From Terriglobia bacterium (GTDB taxonomy: Bacteria > Acidobacteriota > Terriglobia > 20CM-2-55-15): DNA of 64,000 bases. The stretch spans positions 352,001-416,000 of the forward strand of contig CBDAOY010000004.1 of NCBI GenBank assembly GCA_965198225.1, given 5' to 3'. The translations under genes were made by a program, and so were the position numbers. How positions within the stretch are numbered: the stretch's first letter is position 1; each line of letters starts with the position of its first letter. The notes beneath the pieces are model-generated. The model was not told the DNA's origin. It saw only the letters and a program-made list of their open reading frames with translations, and ran no database searches. This document shows positions 1 to 10,374 of this stretch, in pieces.

Positions 1-762
1 GTCGAAACAGAGCTATTCGGGACCGTCAAGGGCGCCTTCACCGGAGCGGTGGACCGGATCGGGAAACTTCAGTACGCGAACGGTGGAACCGTCTTCTTGG
101 ACGAGATCGGAGAGATGAAACTGGAACTCCAGGCCAAGCTCCTTCGGTTTCTCGAAGAGAAACAGTTCGAGCGAGTAGGTGGCCACGGTCCCATCTCAGT
201 CGATGTCCGGATCGTTGCCGCGACAAACATCGACTTGAAGAAGGCGATCGAGGAAGGCCGGTTTCGCGAGGATCTGTATTACCGCCTGAGCGTGCTGACA
301 CTGACGGTCCCCGCCTTGAAAGAGCGCCGAGAAGACATCGGAATCCTTGCAAGCCACTTTTTGAAGGAGGCTTCCAAGGACTGCGGCCGCCAGATCCTCG
401 GGATTTCGCAAGAGGCGCGGGCCTGCCTGGCTCACTACGACTGGCCCGGCAACATCCGTCAGTTGAAGCACGCCATCGAGCACGCCGTCGACATGGGCTC
501 GGCCGAGCTGATCATGCCGGAAGATTTGCCCGCCGAAATCGCCCGGGGCTTGGCCGGCGAGGGCGCTACACCTCAGGGACTGCAGCAGAGATTGCGGGAG
601 GCCGAGAGACAGATCGTGATGGATGCGATCCGATCCACCAACGGCAGCATCACGGAGGCGGCGAAGGTGCTCCGGATTCACCCGAACAACCTGCACCGGG
701 TGATCGGACGCCTAGACCTCCGCGAGGCCGTCGATGAGTTCAAACGTGGGGCCTCGGCCTGA
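1..762 (+). CDS. Sigma-54-dependent transcriptional activator (bEBP, AAA+ and Fis-type HTH), 5'-partial
   Basis: Frame from base 1 reads [15 protein letters not shown] (GAFTGA loop), then [28 protein letters not shown] and a C-terminal HTH ([12 protein letters not shown]). Confidence 0.95.
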   Translation, partial: VETELFGTVKGAFTGAVDRIGKLQYANGGTVFLDEIGEMKLELQAKLLRFLEEKQFERVGGHGPISVDVRIVAATNIDLKKAIEEGRFREDLYYRLSVLTLTVPALKERREDIGILASHFLKEASKDCGRQILGISQEARACLAHYDWPGNIRQLKHAIEHAVDMGSAELIMPEDLPAEIARGLAGEGATPQGLQQRLREAERQIVMDAIRSTNGSITEAAKVLRIHPNNLHRVIGRLDLREAVDEFKRGASA

Positions 763-1023
763 GACCGCGCCGCTTGTGCACACCGTGGTCGGCCCCATTG
801 CCGAAGACACCTCCCCGTCGCCACCTTCCCACTCGGAGTAACGGCTTGATATCAGACCCGTAGTTATAGCATCCTGCCGTTACCCATCGTTTGTTAAGAG
901 TGCGCGGAACCTGGATAGGACGCCCCGAGTACAACGGCTCAAGGAATGGCGGCCGGCCGCAGCCGGTTATTCGATAGGCAAGGGTAGCGTGCACGACATG
1001 CTTGTGTTCCTCAGGCCAAACTT

Positions 1024-1039
1024 TGGCACGCCTCAGGCC
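1024..1039 (+). promoter_or_regulatory. Candidate sigma-54 (-24/-12) promoter
   Basis: TGGCACG-CCTC-AGGC: GG at 1025-1026 and GC at 1037-1038 with 10-nt spacing, about 135 nt upstream of the 1173 ORF and just downstream of a bEBP gene. The -12 element deviates from TTGC. Confidence 0.4.
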
Positions 1040-1172
1040 AAGTTTTCGCATGCACGCCTTCCTGGCGAGATCCGGCTAAATCGGGCCCTAACAGAGATCC
1101 TGAGAGGAGACCCAGTGTGGACGAGACCTCGTCCGCTGTGAGTTCTCGTCCCGACGGTAACGGAGTGAGACG

Positions 1173-2896
1173 ATGCCAACGACGCCCAGTGAAGGCTTTT
1201 CCGGAACGTTCAATTTGGATTCCAAGATTCTGCCTCCCGACAGTTCGGGGTCCGTCACAATCGGTGCGGAAACGGCCGCCGACGTCCTCGAAGCAATCCT
1301 CAAGAACAAGCCGTTCCCCGACCGACAGATCGATCTGGCCGGCGTCGCGGTGCACGCCGAGGCCGGGCGCGACATCAAGTTCAATGCGGGCAAGGGGGCT
1401 GTCAGGTTCGGAGGAACCGTCGAAGCGCGCACCCGGATGGGGATCTTCGGTGAAGGGACAGCGGTTCTGAAGGAATTGGACCTGGAAGACGCCGGCAAGA
1501 TCAACCTCGAACTCGCCGACCAGGATGGAGTGCGCTACCTGCTCTTGCTTGCCGGATACGGAGTCGAAGGAAAAGTGAACGGGTCGCACCCGATAGGCGT
1601 CCTGGGATCGGTTACGTTTGGAGGATCGGGCCAACGGTCGCGTCTGTACGCTGTTGTCCATCGATTTGCTGCCGACGATCCCGCACGGGATGCCATAGAG
1701 AACACCGTGAAGAGCTGGCGGCTGCCTCGCCATGTCGATGATCCGGACGACCTGCGGCCGGGGACGATGTTGGTCGGCGAAGTAGAGGGTTCCCTCGCCC
1801 TGAACCTCGGCGCCCAGCTGGGCTTCGACTTTAACTTCGTCCGGCAGACCGAAGCATTCGGTTTGACCGGTGACGTAGGTCTGAAGCTTGAGACCGGCGT
1901 GAGAGTTGCGCTCGGTTTTGAGGCCAGCGGCCGCTACCTGGTGGTCCTGGATCGCGAATCGATGGGATCCAATACAGCCATCGTGAGGTTGCAGCTCTAC
2001 AAACTTTCCAAGAAGGGCTGGAGCTTCGGCCTCAACCTATCGGCGCACGCGCAGGGCGACGTCGGCATCGCACCCGAAAGAGTGGACGACCTGGTCAAGG
2101 CAGTCTTCGGAGTCCACGGTCAACAGATCGTGGAGAACCTCCAGGCGATCGAAAAGTGGACTGATCCCAACACGGATCTTTCTGACAAGGTTGCGGGCCT
2201 GACGGGCGACACCGCGCTGGAGTTGCTGCACCACACCACCGGTATCGATCCGAAAGCGGAGTTTGATAGGGCCAAAGCCGTGTTCACGAAAGCGATAAAT
2301 CATTGGAAGTCGTTGCCGGACAAGGTCGCTGCGACAGCCTGGAAGTTGATCGAAGAGCTGGCCGACAACGAGCAGTATTTCAAAGATTTCCAATCGACCC
2401 TGACACTGCTCGCGACCGAGGACGAACAGACTCGGAAGGACGAGCTGAAGAAGATTCTCGCGAGGGTGGACTTCGACGACATCCCGGCCGGGAAGCTTCT
2501 CAACGCTGCCGCTGAAAGGGGCGTCCCGGCCCTCCTGGACCGCAGCGGGGACCTGCGGAAGGTTGCCGCGACGATACTGGACGTCCTGAACGGAGGGATC
2601 ATCAGAAGGCTGCAGGGATTCGTGAACGAGAAACTCAATCTTGATGACGTTATGAAAGTGGCAACCGAGGCCGACTTCGACGAGCTCCATGACTGGCTGA
2701 AGAGCAAGCTCTCGGCGTTCCTCGACGAGGAGCTCGAGTTTGAGAAGCTGGACGAGATCAAAGACGCCATCAACGCGGTCCTCGAGAAACGCCAGGAGCT
2801 TTACGAGAAGGCGCTGCAGGCACTGGAACGTCGCTACGATTTCGAGTTCGGCTACAACTACCAGAAGAGTCCCACGAGAACGGCTTTGCTCGACGT
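1173..2896 (+). pseudogene. Large hypothetical protein, 3'-truncated by IS5 insertion
   Basis: ORF with GGAG RBS and host-like codon usage. Its last ~18 codons (ALLHGSGWRWNSPFPKR) are read from the IS5 terminal repeat. Confidence 0.8.
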
Positions 2897-3378
2897 AGCG
2901 TTGTTGCATGGATCGGGGTGGAGATGGAATTCGCCCTTTCCCAAGCGGTAGCGTCAGGCGATGCGTTCGAACACAGGCCGTCCGAGTGCGGTCATTGTGT
3001 TCAGAACTTTCTGGCCGACCTTGATTTCCGTGATCTGCCTGGAGAAGCTGCGGGATTTGAGCTTGGGGCCGATGACGCTCTTCCAACGGCCGATCTGCGT
3101 TTCTATCCGGCTGCGCTGGTTGTACCCTGTGGCCGCCTGCCAGGCCATACGGCCATTGCTGCGGATCTGGGCAATATGGCGATCCCGAACGGTTGGGCCC
3201 CGCGCCGATTGCGGTCGGATCACTGCGTTCTTTGGCGGCGGTATAACCACATCCAGGGTCTCCCCATACCGTTCCCTCAGCAGATCCCGTGTAGACGCCC
3301 CATCATAGGCGCCGTCAGCCAGAAAGCCCGTGACCGGGGCAGCCAGTTGATCCAGGAGCCCGTATCTGGACTCCTCCT

Positions 3379-3666
3379 GTCAAGTAGGCGCAGCTGTCCC
3401 ATATCCTTTTCCCGAAGATTCTTTTCAGCATCCTGATATTTGATTTTCGAGTTGAGTGACAGATCGACTGCATCCGTATCTTCGGCCTCTCGAATGGAAC
3501 GTTTGAGTTCCGGGCCATGATGAAATTCGCGCGCGGGGTGCCAACCGGGTAAACGGCCTCCAGGGGCCACGGCTTCTCCGGCGTTTCCCCGCGCCGGTCT
3601 GACCGGTACGTCATCAACTCGAACGTCGTCGCAGTCTACTGAAAGGATGTTCCTACAGTCATGGTG
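3379..3666 (-). ncRNA. Putative bridge/seekRNA of the IS1111-type element
   Basis: Non-coding region 3' of tnp, with nested stems (3466-3471/3631-3636 and 3531-3538/3587-3594) and loop segments matching the insertion site and the element ends. Confidence 0.7.
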
Positions 3667-4701
3667 TCAGGCCGCCCGTCGGTCAGCCTCGTACGCCGTG
3701 TCCTGTGTCCAGACGGCCCAAACCGTGCGGGCCAGTTTGTTGGCTAAAGCAACCGTGGCCGTGTTGTGCCCGCGGAGTGTGTGGAGACGGAGACCCCATT
3801 TCTGCAGAGCCGAAGGTTGCGCCCCTTTTCGATGCGCACTCCATAGCAGAGTGCGGCCACCGTGTATGAGCAGCATCCGCAGGTAGACGTTGCCTTGTTT
3901 GCTGATCGCTCCCAGCCGACGCCGGTTTCCGCTCGAACGCTCACGCGGGGTGAGTCCCAGATAACTGGCAAAGTGGCGACAGGATCGAAACCGTCGGGGG
4001 TCACCGACAAAACCTACCATCGCCGTGGAAGTCAACAGCCCGATTCCAGGGATCGAGCGCAGACGGGCCACCTCGGGCATCTGACGGGCCAGGGCTTCCA
4101 ACTCCCGCTCCACCGATTGAATGCGTGCCTCCAGCTCGCGGATTTCGGTGCACACTTCCGAGAACATGACGCGTACGGTCATGGGGATCTCAACATCCGC
4201 ATCTTCGATCAACCCCATGACTCCGGGCACCAGCCGCCGGGCTCCCGTCGGCAGCACGAGCCCAAACTCTCCCAGCAGCCCCCGCACCATGTTGATGCGC
4301 GCCGTCCGGGTCCGCATCCAGGTCGACCGGATGCGGTGCAGGGCGGTGAGTTGCTGTTGCGCCACCGTCTTAATGGGTACCGCCCGAATATCGGCATTCC
4401 GGTGGGCCTCCAGCAACCCTTTTACATCCGCCCGATCCGTCTTACTCCTCGGTACGTAGGGCCGGACATACTGCGGTGAAATCAGTACCACTGTGTGCCC
4501 CAGTTTCTGGATCTCTCGTCCCCAGTGATGGGCGGCACTGCAGGCTTCCATCACGACCGTCGCCAGCTCCTGATTCGCAAAAAACGACAAGAACTTTCCC
4601 CGGCTTAAACGGTATGTCTTCGTCATCTGCCCGGGGCGGTCGGAAATCCCAATCTCGAAAACATTCTTTGCCAGATCCACTGCGATCGTTTTACTCTTCA
4701 T
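3667..4701 (-). CDS. IS110-family DEDD transposase/recombinase
   Basis: IAVDLAKNVF, VVMEAC, KTDRAD, SIPGIG, YLGLTPRERSSG, ISKQGNVYLRMLL, VALANKLAR motifs; intact 344 aa. Confidence 0.97.
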   Translation of the reverse strand: MKSKTIAVDLAKNVFEIGISDRPGQMTKTYRLSRGKFLSFFANQELATVVMEACSAAHHWGREIQKLGHTVVLISPQYVRPYVPRSKTDRADVKGLLEAHRNADIRAVPIKTVAQQQLTALHRIRSTWMRTRTARINMVRGLLGEFGLVLPTGARRLVPGVMGLIEDADVEIPMTVRVMFSEVCTEIRELEARIQSVERELEALARQMPEVARLRSIPGIGLLTSTAMVGFVGDPRRFRSCRHFASYLGLTPRERSSGNRRRLGAISKQGNVYLRMLLIHGGRTLLWSAHRKGAQPSALQKWGLRLHTLRGHNTATVALANKLARTVWAVWTQDTAYEADRRAA

Positions 4702-5455
4702 CTCGGACTCCTTCTTGTTTACACGTCCTCGTGTTTAGCCCGCACCATCGCGAGGCTTCACAATGACTTTGGCACTACGATGCCGACTCAGTCATCAAGG
4801 AGGAGTCCATCCCATCAGGTAAGGCGGTGCTGTCTCCAGCGGCATCGTCAGTCAGATCGGCGCAAACAATCGCACCGCTGGCCAGGTCCAGTCCGAGGTG
4901 GAGTTTGCGCCAGCGGCGGCGTATTCCCTTGATTTTATGCTTCTGCGCGAGCCATTCCCCCTCGCCGAAGATCTTGAGGCCGGTACTGTCCACCACCAGA
5001 TGGACAGCCACAGACCCGGCTTGCCTCATCGCCTGAGCGATGTTCAAGCCGTTTGCGCGACGTGACAGTGTGGAGTAATCCGGCACCCGTATATCCAGCC
5101 CCATGAGCGTGCCGATGGATCCCATAAGTCCCTGCGTTTGCCGCAACGCAAGCCGATACGTCGTGCGCAGCGTCAGGCATGTATCGATCGCCAAATCCGA
5201 GTATCTCCACTGGCCACCCCGTGACGTGCGGCGCGGCGCGCTCCACACACTTTGAGCCTCTTCACTGACCCAGATCGTCAGATCACCCCGCTGGCGTAGG
5301 CTCTCGTTATATTCCGCCCAGTTGATCACCCGATACTGCGCCTTATCAAACTTGTGCCGGCGGGCTGCGTTGAACTTATGTGGCATCTAAGTTATCCCCG
5401 GTGTTGAAAAACACAATGATAAGACATCCTTCGGGATGATCCATGCAACAAGGTC

Positions 5456-5687
5456 GATCGAGAAGGTCAACGGACTACTTGATGAATTTCGGGACAAGGT
5501 GGATCTTTTTGGAATAGGCGTGCGAGTCCTTGGCCTGCTGATTGACACGATCAAGAATGTCGCCAAGAGCATCGTGCTCGGGGGAGGCTGGTTCGGTTTG
5601 ATTCTCTCACTCGTGCGCATTTACAAGAACCTGAGAAAGCTCAGGTTGGTGCCCGAAGAAGCCGAGGTCGCCTGGGTGGTCGTTTAG
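5456..5687 (+). pseudogene. 3' remnant of a gene truncated at the IS5 end
   Basis: The open frame IEKVNGLLDEFRDK..AEVAWVVV* begins at the IS5 IR; its only start codon lies inside the IS. Confidence 0.55.
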
Positions 5688-5942
5688 CGGTTCTTACTCT
5701 GATTGCGATGGCCGGCCCGACCGAGAAAGCCATCACCCCGTGGATTCTAGATCCAGCGAAGGCCGTCGCCACGCTTCTTCGGCCCGGACGTTACCCTACG
5801 ATTCGTCCGCGATCGCCGAGCGTCACGAGCAAAGTCATCTTGTTCTTCCTTTGCGCATTTTTCGATCCCTCAACACGGTTTCGCGGCCTTTTTACGTCTC
5901 TTTGCTACGGTAAAGCCATTTCAAGACTCAGGAGGTCGGACT

Positions 5943-6797
5943 ATGTTCAGTTACGTCGCGCTCGTATCCGAAACCCCGCGGATTCCGAACTGGCAGGTGC
6001 AGATGGTGGCAGCGGCCCTGCAGATCCAGGTCAGCCGGGACTTTACACCGATCTGGGGGATCGACGCGACCCTCAGCGCGTTCGACCAGCTCGGGGACGT
6101 ACCTTCCGGGTTCTGGCCGATCGTCATCCGGGACGACATCGGTTTTGCCGGCGCCGCAGGCATCCACCTCGACCAGAACAAGAAGCCCTTCGGCCTGGTG
6201 CAGGCCTCCAATCGCTGGTCACTCACCGCAAGTCATGAGGTGCTGGAAATGCTTGCCGATCCCATGGGCAATCGCACCCTTAGCGCGCAATCGATCAAGC
6301 CCGGGCAGGGGATCGTTGAATTCCTGGTCGAGGTGTGCGACCCGAGCGAGGATGAAGACTTCACCTACCAGATCAACGGCGTCATCGTTTCCGACTTCTA
6401 CACTCCCGACTTCTTCCTGCCCCGGGAGTCCGGCAACGTGCGCTACAGTTTCTCCGGTGGCATCGAGAAGCCGAGAACCATTCTTCGCGGCGGCTATATT
6501 TCATGGCTCGACCCGGCGACGAACCACTGGTGGCAGCAAACGTGGTTCACTGGCCCCAATCCGAAGTTCGTCGACCTCGGCGTCCTGGATACCGCCCGCA
6601 TCAGTCCCCGGACTGTGATCGATCGGGCCACGCTGGCCCGGCGAAAAAACCCAAGATCTATCTACGGTTTGCCGAAGACCAAGAAGATTATCGTGGATCA
6701 GAAGAAGCTGTTCGGGATGATGAACGCATCGAACCGGGATCGGGCAGCGGGGTGGGAAAAACAGATCCGGAGAATCAAAAGGGCGGCCAAGCCATAG
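5943..6797 (+). CDS. Hypothetical protein with HExxE putative metal-binding motif (zincin-like)
   Basis: Strong RBS (AGGAGG); motifs AGIH, SHEVLEMLADP, VEVCDP, VSDFYTP. Confidence 0.75.
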   Translation: MFSYVALVSETPRIPNWQVQMVAAALQIQVSRDFTPIWGIDATLSAFDQLGDVPSGFWPIVIRDDIGFAGAAGIHLDQNKKPFGLVQASNRWSLTASHEVLEMLADPMGNRTLSAQSIKPGQGIVEFLVEVCDPSEDEDFTYQINGVIVSDFYTPDFFLPRESGNVRYSFSGGIEKPRTILRGGYISWLDPATNHWWQQTWFTGPNPKFVDLGVLDTARISPRTVIDRATLARRKNPRSIYGLPKTKKIIVDQKKLFGMMNASNRDRAAGWEKQIRRIKRAAKP

Positions 6798-7177
6798 CGC
6801 TCGCCTCTACGGGCGGTTCCGGTGACCCCGATGATGGACCACCGACAGACCCCCACCATCGCGAGGCCTCGCCGGTAGCGGGCGGCCCTGAATTTGAGAA
6901 AACTCGAGGCTGGATCCTCAGTCGAGCCAGATTGCGCGATTTGTGGTGTTTCACCGTAACTCCGCTTATCATCTTCCCGCAAGATTTCACCAATCTTTTA
7001 CGTCTCTTAGGACAAGAGATCATTTAAGTAAAAAGGAAAATCGTTAGTCCGGAAGCGACACCATCGTGGCGCCAGAGCGTTTGTGTCGCGACATGCAAGG
7101 GCCATAGCGGAATCGCAGCAAGTCGCCGACAGGCTGTTCGCTCGGCGATGCCGCCGGATCCTAATTTCGGGGGAAGC

Positions 7178-10060
7178 ATGCCAATGAAGAAGACACGCGA
7201 AGTACGAGTTGGACTCGTCATGTATGGGGGTGTGTCGCTCGCGATTTACATCAACGGCGTGGCCCACGAATTCTTTCGACTGGTGCGGGGCCGTGGAGTG
7301 TACCGCCTGATCAAGGCGCTGACGTCATCTGACGCTGTCGTGGATATTGTCAGCGGGTCCTCGGCGGGCGGCATCAACGGCATCCTGCTCTCGTACGCGC
7401 TCTGCAACGGCCGCGAATTCTCGGCGTGCGCCAAGCTGTGGCGCGAGTCTGGCGACATCGCGAAGCTGTTGAGGAATCCGTCAAAGGACAAGAGCCAAAG
7501 CTCGGTTCTGGACGGCGACGGATACTACCAACGTGAGTTGGAGCAGGCTTTCGACGCGATGGAGAGAATCGACCGCACGGTTTCGGAGAAGGAAGACCCG
7601 TCCAGCATCGGGGAACTCGACCTGTTCGTGACCGGCACGGATCTGGCCGGCAACGTCTACACGCTGGTGGATGACGCCGGGCACATCATCGACGTCAAGG
7701 ATCACCGGGCGGTATTCATGCTCCAGCATCGGGAAGGCCGCAAGGAACACTTTAAGGAAAGTCCGACCACGAATGAAGCATTGGCCAGGTTGGCTCGGAT
7801 AACGTCGTGTTTTCCGGCGGCTTTTCCACCGGTCGAGGTCCAGGCTCGCGATGAGCTCTACGGCGATTTCGCGGCCCTCGATGCCGATGCCCGCATTCAG
7901 CTCTGGGGACAATTGCAGGGGACAAGGATCTTCGTCGACGGGGGAGTGCTCGACAACAAACCGTTCACCCAGACGATCGAGGCGATCTTCTTCCGCACGG
8001 CGAATCGCGCGGTCGATCGCAAGCTCTTCTACGTCGAACCTGATCCGGAACGGTTCGAGCAGACCCTTGAAGCGCCGAAGCTGAACTTCCTCAAACCAGT
8101 TGTCGACTCGCTGGTGGGCATTCCGGGATACGAGAGCATCGCGGATGATCTGCGGCTCCTGCAGGAACGCAACTCGGGAATCCGACGGTTCAAGGCACTG
8201 GCCCACGAAGCGCGAGACAATCTGGCCGACGTCGGGGGAAGGCATGCGATGGCATCGGCAGGAATACCGCAGGACCTGAAGCAACCGCTGCTGAGCATCT
8301 ACGAAAGAAGCCGGCTCAACTCGATCAACGAACGGGCGATAGAACTCTTGCTGCGGGGCCAGAAGGGGCGCACGCTCTCGCCCGCCGAACGCAAGGCCGT
8401 GTCCTCGCTGGCCAAGGTACTCGCGGACTTGCCGGAGGCATCGGACATCTTCGAAGCCTTCGACTTGGATTTCAGACTCCGGCGTCTCTTTCAGTCGATC
8501 TACACCGTTTTTGAAGACCCCAAGCTCCGGGACGCAGGACTCGGGTTGCTCGAAGCACTGAACCGACAGCTGCACCTTCTCAAGATGCTGCAATGGGCAG
8601 CGCAAGGGGCAGTCGAGCACGTCAGCGAGAAATGGTATGCAACACTCGGTACGGCCGTTGATCCGAAACGACACGCCGAAGAGACCTGGACTCTGATTCG
8701 TAAGGCCCTCCAACACGTTTTGAACGGAAAGGGGGTCGAGGACGTGTTACCGGAAGATCTGGTCGACAAGGCCGATTCAAAGTCGGACGAATGGCTTCCT
8801 GAACAGACGCTGAAGAAGCTTCGAAACACTCTACTCAAAAGACTTGGCAACCTCGATGCCGTACTCGAGGCGGAATCCTGGGAGGAATTCGAGAGTCTTC
8901 TTCAAAGAACCGATGGCTACGAGCGGGGACTCTGGACTCGCTTGAGGCCAGCAGAAGACAGTGCCCTTTCGAAACAGTACAAGGGACTCACCGAAGAGTA
9001 TGAACGGTTCGCCTATCTGGATGCGTACCTTTTCCCGATGGAGTTCGCATCCGGGGTTCGGGAGAAAGACATCATCGAAACTGTGCGCATCAGTCCTGTG
9101 GACGCCCAAGCTCGATTCAGTCACCGCGAGGCCGGGGAAAAGATTTCGGGAGACGCGCTGGCCCATTTCGGGGGCTTTTTCAAGAAGGCTTGGCGGTCGA
9201 ACGATATCTTGTGGGGACGCCTGGATGCTCTGTGCGAACTGACCGAACAGCTGCTCACCACCGACAGAATCCGTGAGGTGGTTCACAACGACGAGTTGAG
9301 GAAGGAACTACGATCCGAGTTCGGCCAAGACCGTGTCGCCTATGTGGAGATGATCTTCCCCTCACTGGAGGGCGGATCGAAACAACGAATCGCCGATTGG
9401 CTTGGTGATCTAGCATCTGACGATAGCGCGAAGCGCGAGGAGGCCGCGGCAGACGTTGAGAACATGCGCGGCCTGTTCATCGAATGCGGCCAGCACGAGG
9501 TGCTCTCGACCGATCTCGAGAAAGTGTGGCTGGACGATGCCCGGGAAAGGTTCGACTGGAAGAAGCCGGGACACGAGCTTGAAGGGGGCCTAGTCGCGCT
9601 GGGAAAAACGATTGACAAGATCCAACAGGCCAACGAGACGGTTGCTTACGAGCGCCCGATGAAGAGCGTCCTGGGCCGGTACTTTACCGACGAGTACAAG
9701 GTCGGAAGTGAAGACCTCTTCGGCTCCGTCCACCGTCTGGTGCTGCTGGAAACGGCCGCCAGGGCCGGACTCGTGCTCGAGCACTGCCTCGCAAGCATGC
9801 TGCCATCGGAGGTCCTGACTTACAGGACGGTGCTCAGGTTGCCGTTAAAAGTGCTCTACAACTTGATCGGTTTTCTCCGTCGCAGCGGACGTTTCGGGGC
9901 AGCGCTCTTCGGCTTAGGGCTGGTGGGTGTCGTGCTGCCCATCGTGTTCTGGTGGTTTGCCAACGCCGACTGGCGAATTGCGGGCCCGGTGGCGGCGGTC
10001 TCGCTGATCCTGTTGCTGCTGCTTGGCATTCTGGGAAGACTGAAGAACAGGGAGGCGTAA
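7178..10060 (+). CDS. Patatin-like phospholipase with DUF3376-type C-terminal domain and two C-terminal TM helices
   Basis: GGVSLAIY glycine loop, GSSAG nucleophile, DGGVLDN, HFGGFFKKAWRSNDILWGRLD; hydrophobic tail. Confidence 0.9.
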   Translation: MPMKKTREVRVGLVMYGGVSLAIYINGVAHEFFRLVRGRGVYRLIKALTSSDAVVDIVSGSSAGGINGILLSYALCNGREFSACAKLWRESGDIAKLLRNPSKDKSQSSVLDGDGYYQRELEQAFDAMERIDRTVSEKEDPSSIGELDLFVTGTDLAGNVYTLVDDAGHIIDVKDHRAVFMLQHREGRKEHFKESPTTNEALARLARITSCFPAAFPPVEVQARDELYGDFAALDADARIQLWGQLQGTRIFVDGGVLDNKPFTQTIEAIFFRTANRAVDRKLFYVEPDPERFEQTLEAPKLNFLKPVVDSLVGIPGYESIADDLRLLQERNSGIRRFKALAHEARDNLADVGGRHAMASAGIPQDLKQPLLSIYERSRLNSINERAIELLLRGQKGRTLSPAERKAVSSLAKVLADLPEASDIFEAFDLDFRLRRLFQSIYTVFEDPKLRDAGLGLLEALNRQLHLLKMLQWAAQGAVEHVSEKWYATLGTAVDPKRHAEETWTLIRKALQHVLNGKGVEDVLPEDLVDKADSKSDEWLPEQTLKKLRNTLLKRLGNLDAVLEAESWEEFESLLQRTDGYERGLWTRLRPAEDSALSKQYKGLTEEYERFAYLDAYLFPMEFASGVREKDIIETVRISPVDAQARFSHREAGEKISGDALAHFGGFFKKAWRSNDILWGRLDALCELTEQLLTTDRIREVVHNDELRKELRSEFGQDRVAYVEMIFPSLEGGSKQRIADWLGDLASDDSAKREEAAADVENMRGLFIECGQHEVLSTDLEKVWLDDARERFDWKKPGHELEGGLVALGKTIDKIQQANETVAYERPMKSVLGRYFTDEYKVGSEDLFGSVHRLVLLETAARAGLVLEHCLASMLPSEVLTYRTVLRLPLKVLYNLIGFLRRSGRFGAALFGLGLVGVVLPIVFWWFANADWRIAGPVAAVSLILLLLLGILGRLKNREA

Positions 10061-10084
10061 CCGATCCCGGGAGCAGGGGCCTAG

Positions 10085-10270
10085 CGATGAACCGCTCAAA
10101 AAGCGCATCGTCTTAATTCACGGCCTGGCTTCCCAATGTTCAATCTGTTCGAGGTCGTCAGCCACAGTGGGAACAGCGGGCGGGAGAAGCGGAACCCTCA
10201 GTCGCTACCTGGTGCAACCGCGGTTGGGCAACTGGTTCGAGGGCTTCCTCTTTCGAAGCTCGATGTTTAG
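10085..10270 (+). pseudogene. Collapsed remnant of an alpha/beta-hydrolase-like gene
   Basis: KRIVLIHGLAS (N-terminal-type strand plus HG motif) is followed, across frames, by C-terminal-like NLFEVV..KRNP..YLVQPRLGNW; no full ORF. Confidence 0.35.
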
Positions 10271-10374
10271 CATCCGGCGCGCATCCTCAGTGCCGGTCAC
10301 CCCTTTGGCGAGGATTAATCGGATCGGGACAAGCAAGCGCTATCAGCGCAGGCGTAACGGGAGGAGAGAAGCTC

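Larger units (their letters stand above)
3362..4816 (-). mobile_element. IS110-family element, IS1111 subgroup (~1455 bp)
   Basis: Sub-terminal 12-bp IRs TGGACTCCTCCT (3367-3378) and AGGAGGAGTCCA (4798-4809); no target duplication; long non-coding region downstream of the transposase. Boundary is ambiguous by one shared base. Confidence 0.9.
2954..5386 (-). pseudogene. IS5-family DDE transposase split by the IS110 (parts 5386-4817 and 3361-2954)
   Basis: N-part MPHKFNAARRHKF..NWAEYNESLRQRGDLT..VVDSTGLK..WRKLHL; C-part GLLDQ..ADGAYDG..VIPPPKNA..YNQRSRIET. Removing 3362-4816 gives a continuous 326-codon frame (..TALP-GLLDQ..). Confidence 0.9.
2897..5455 (-). mobile_element. IS5-family (IS903-like group) insertion sequence, interrupted by an IS110
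   Basis: Terminal IR cores TTGTTGCATGGATC (2901-2914) and GATCCATGCAACAA (5438-5451); transposase in two parts; no matching flanking direct repeat. Confidence 0.9.

Noticed and set aside
3362-3384. IS1111 circle-junction promoter (TTGACA..TACGAT)
   Set aside because: The reconstructed junction gives only a 13-nt spacer, so I cannot support it as a sigma-70 promoter.
4743-6867. Shared 14-mer CACCATCGCGAGGC in the IS110 left region and near 6854
   Set aside because: A single match of this length is expected by chance in 64 kb of GC-rich DNA.
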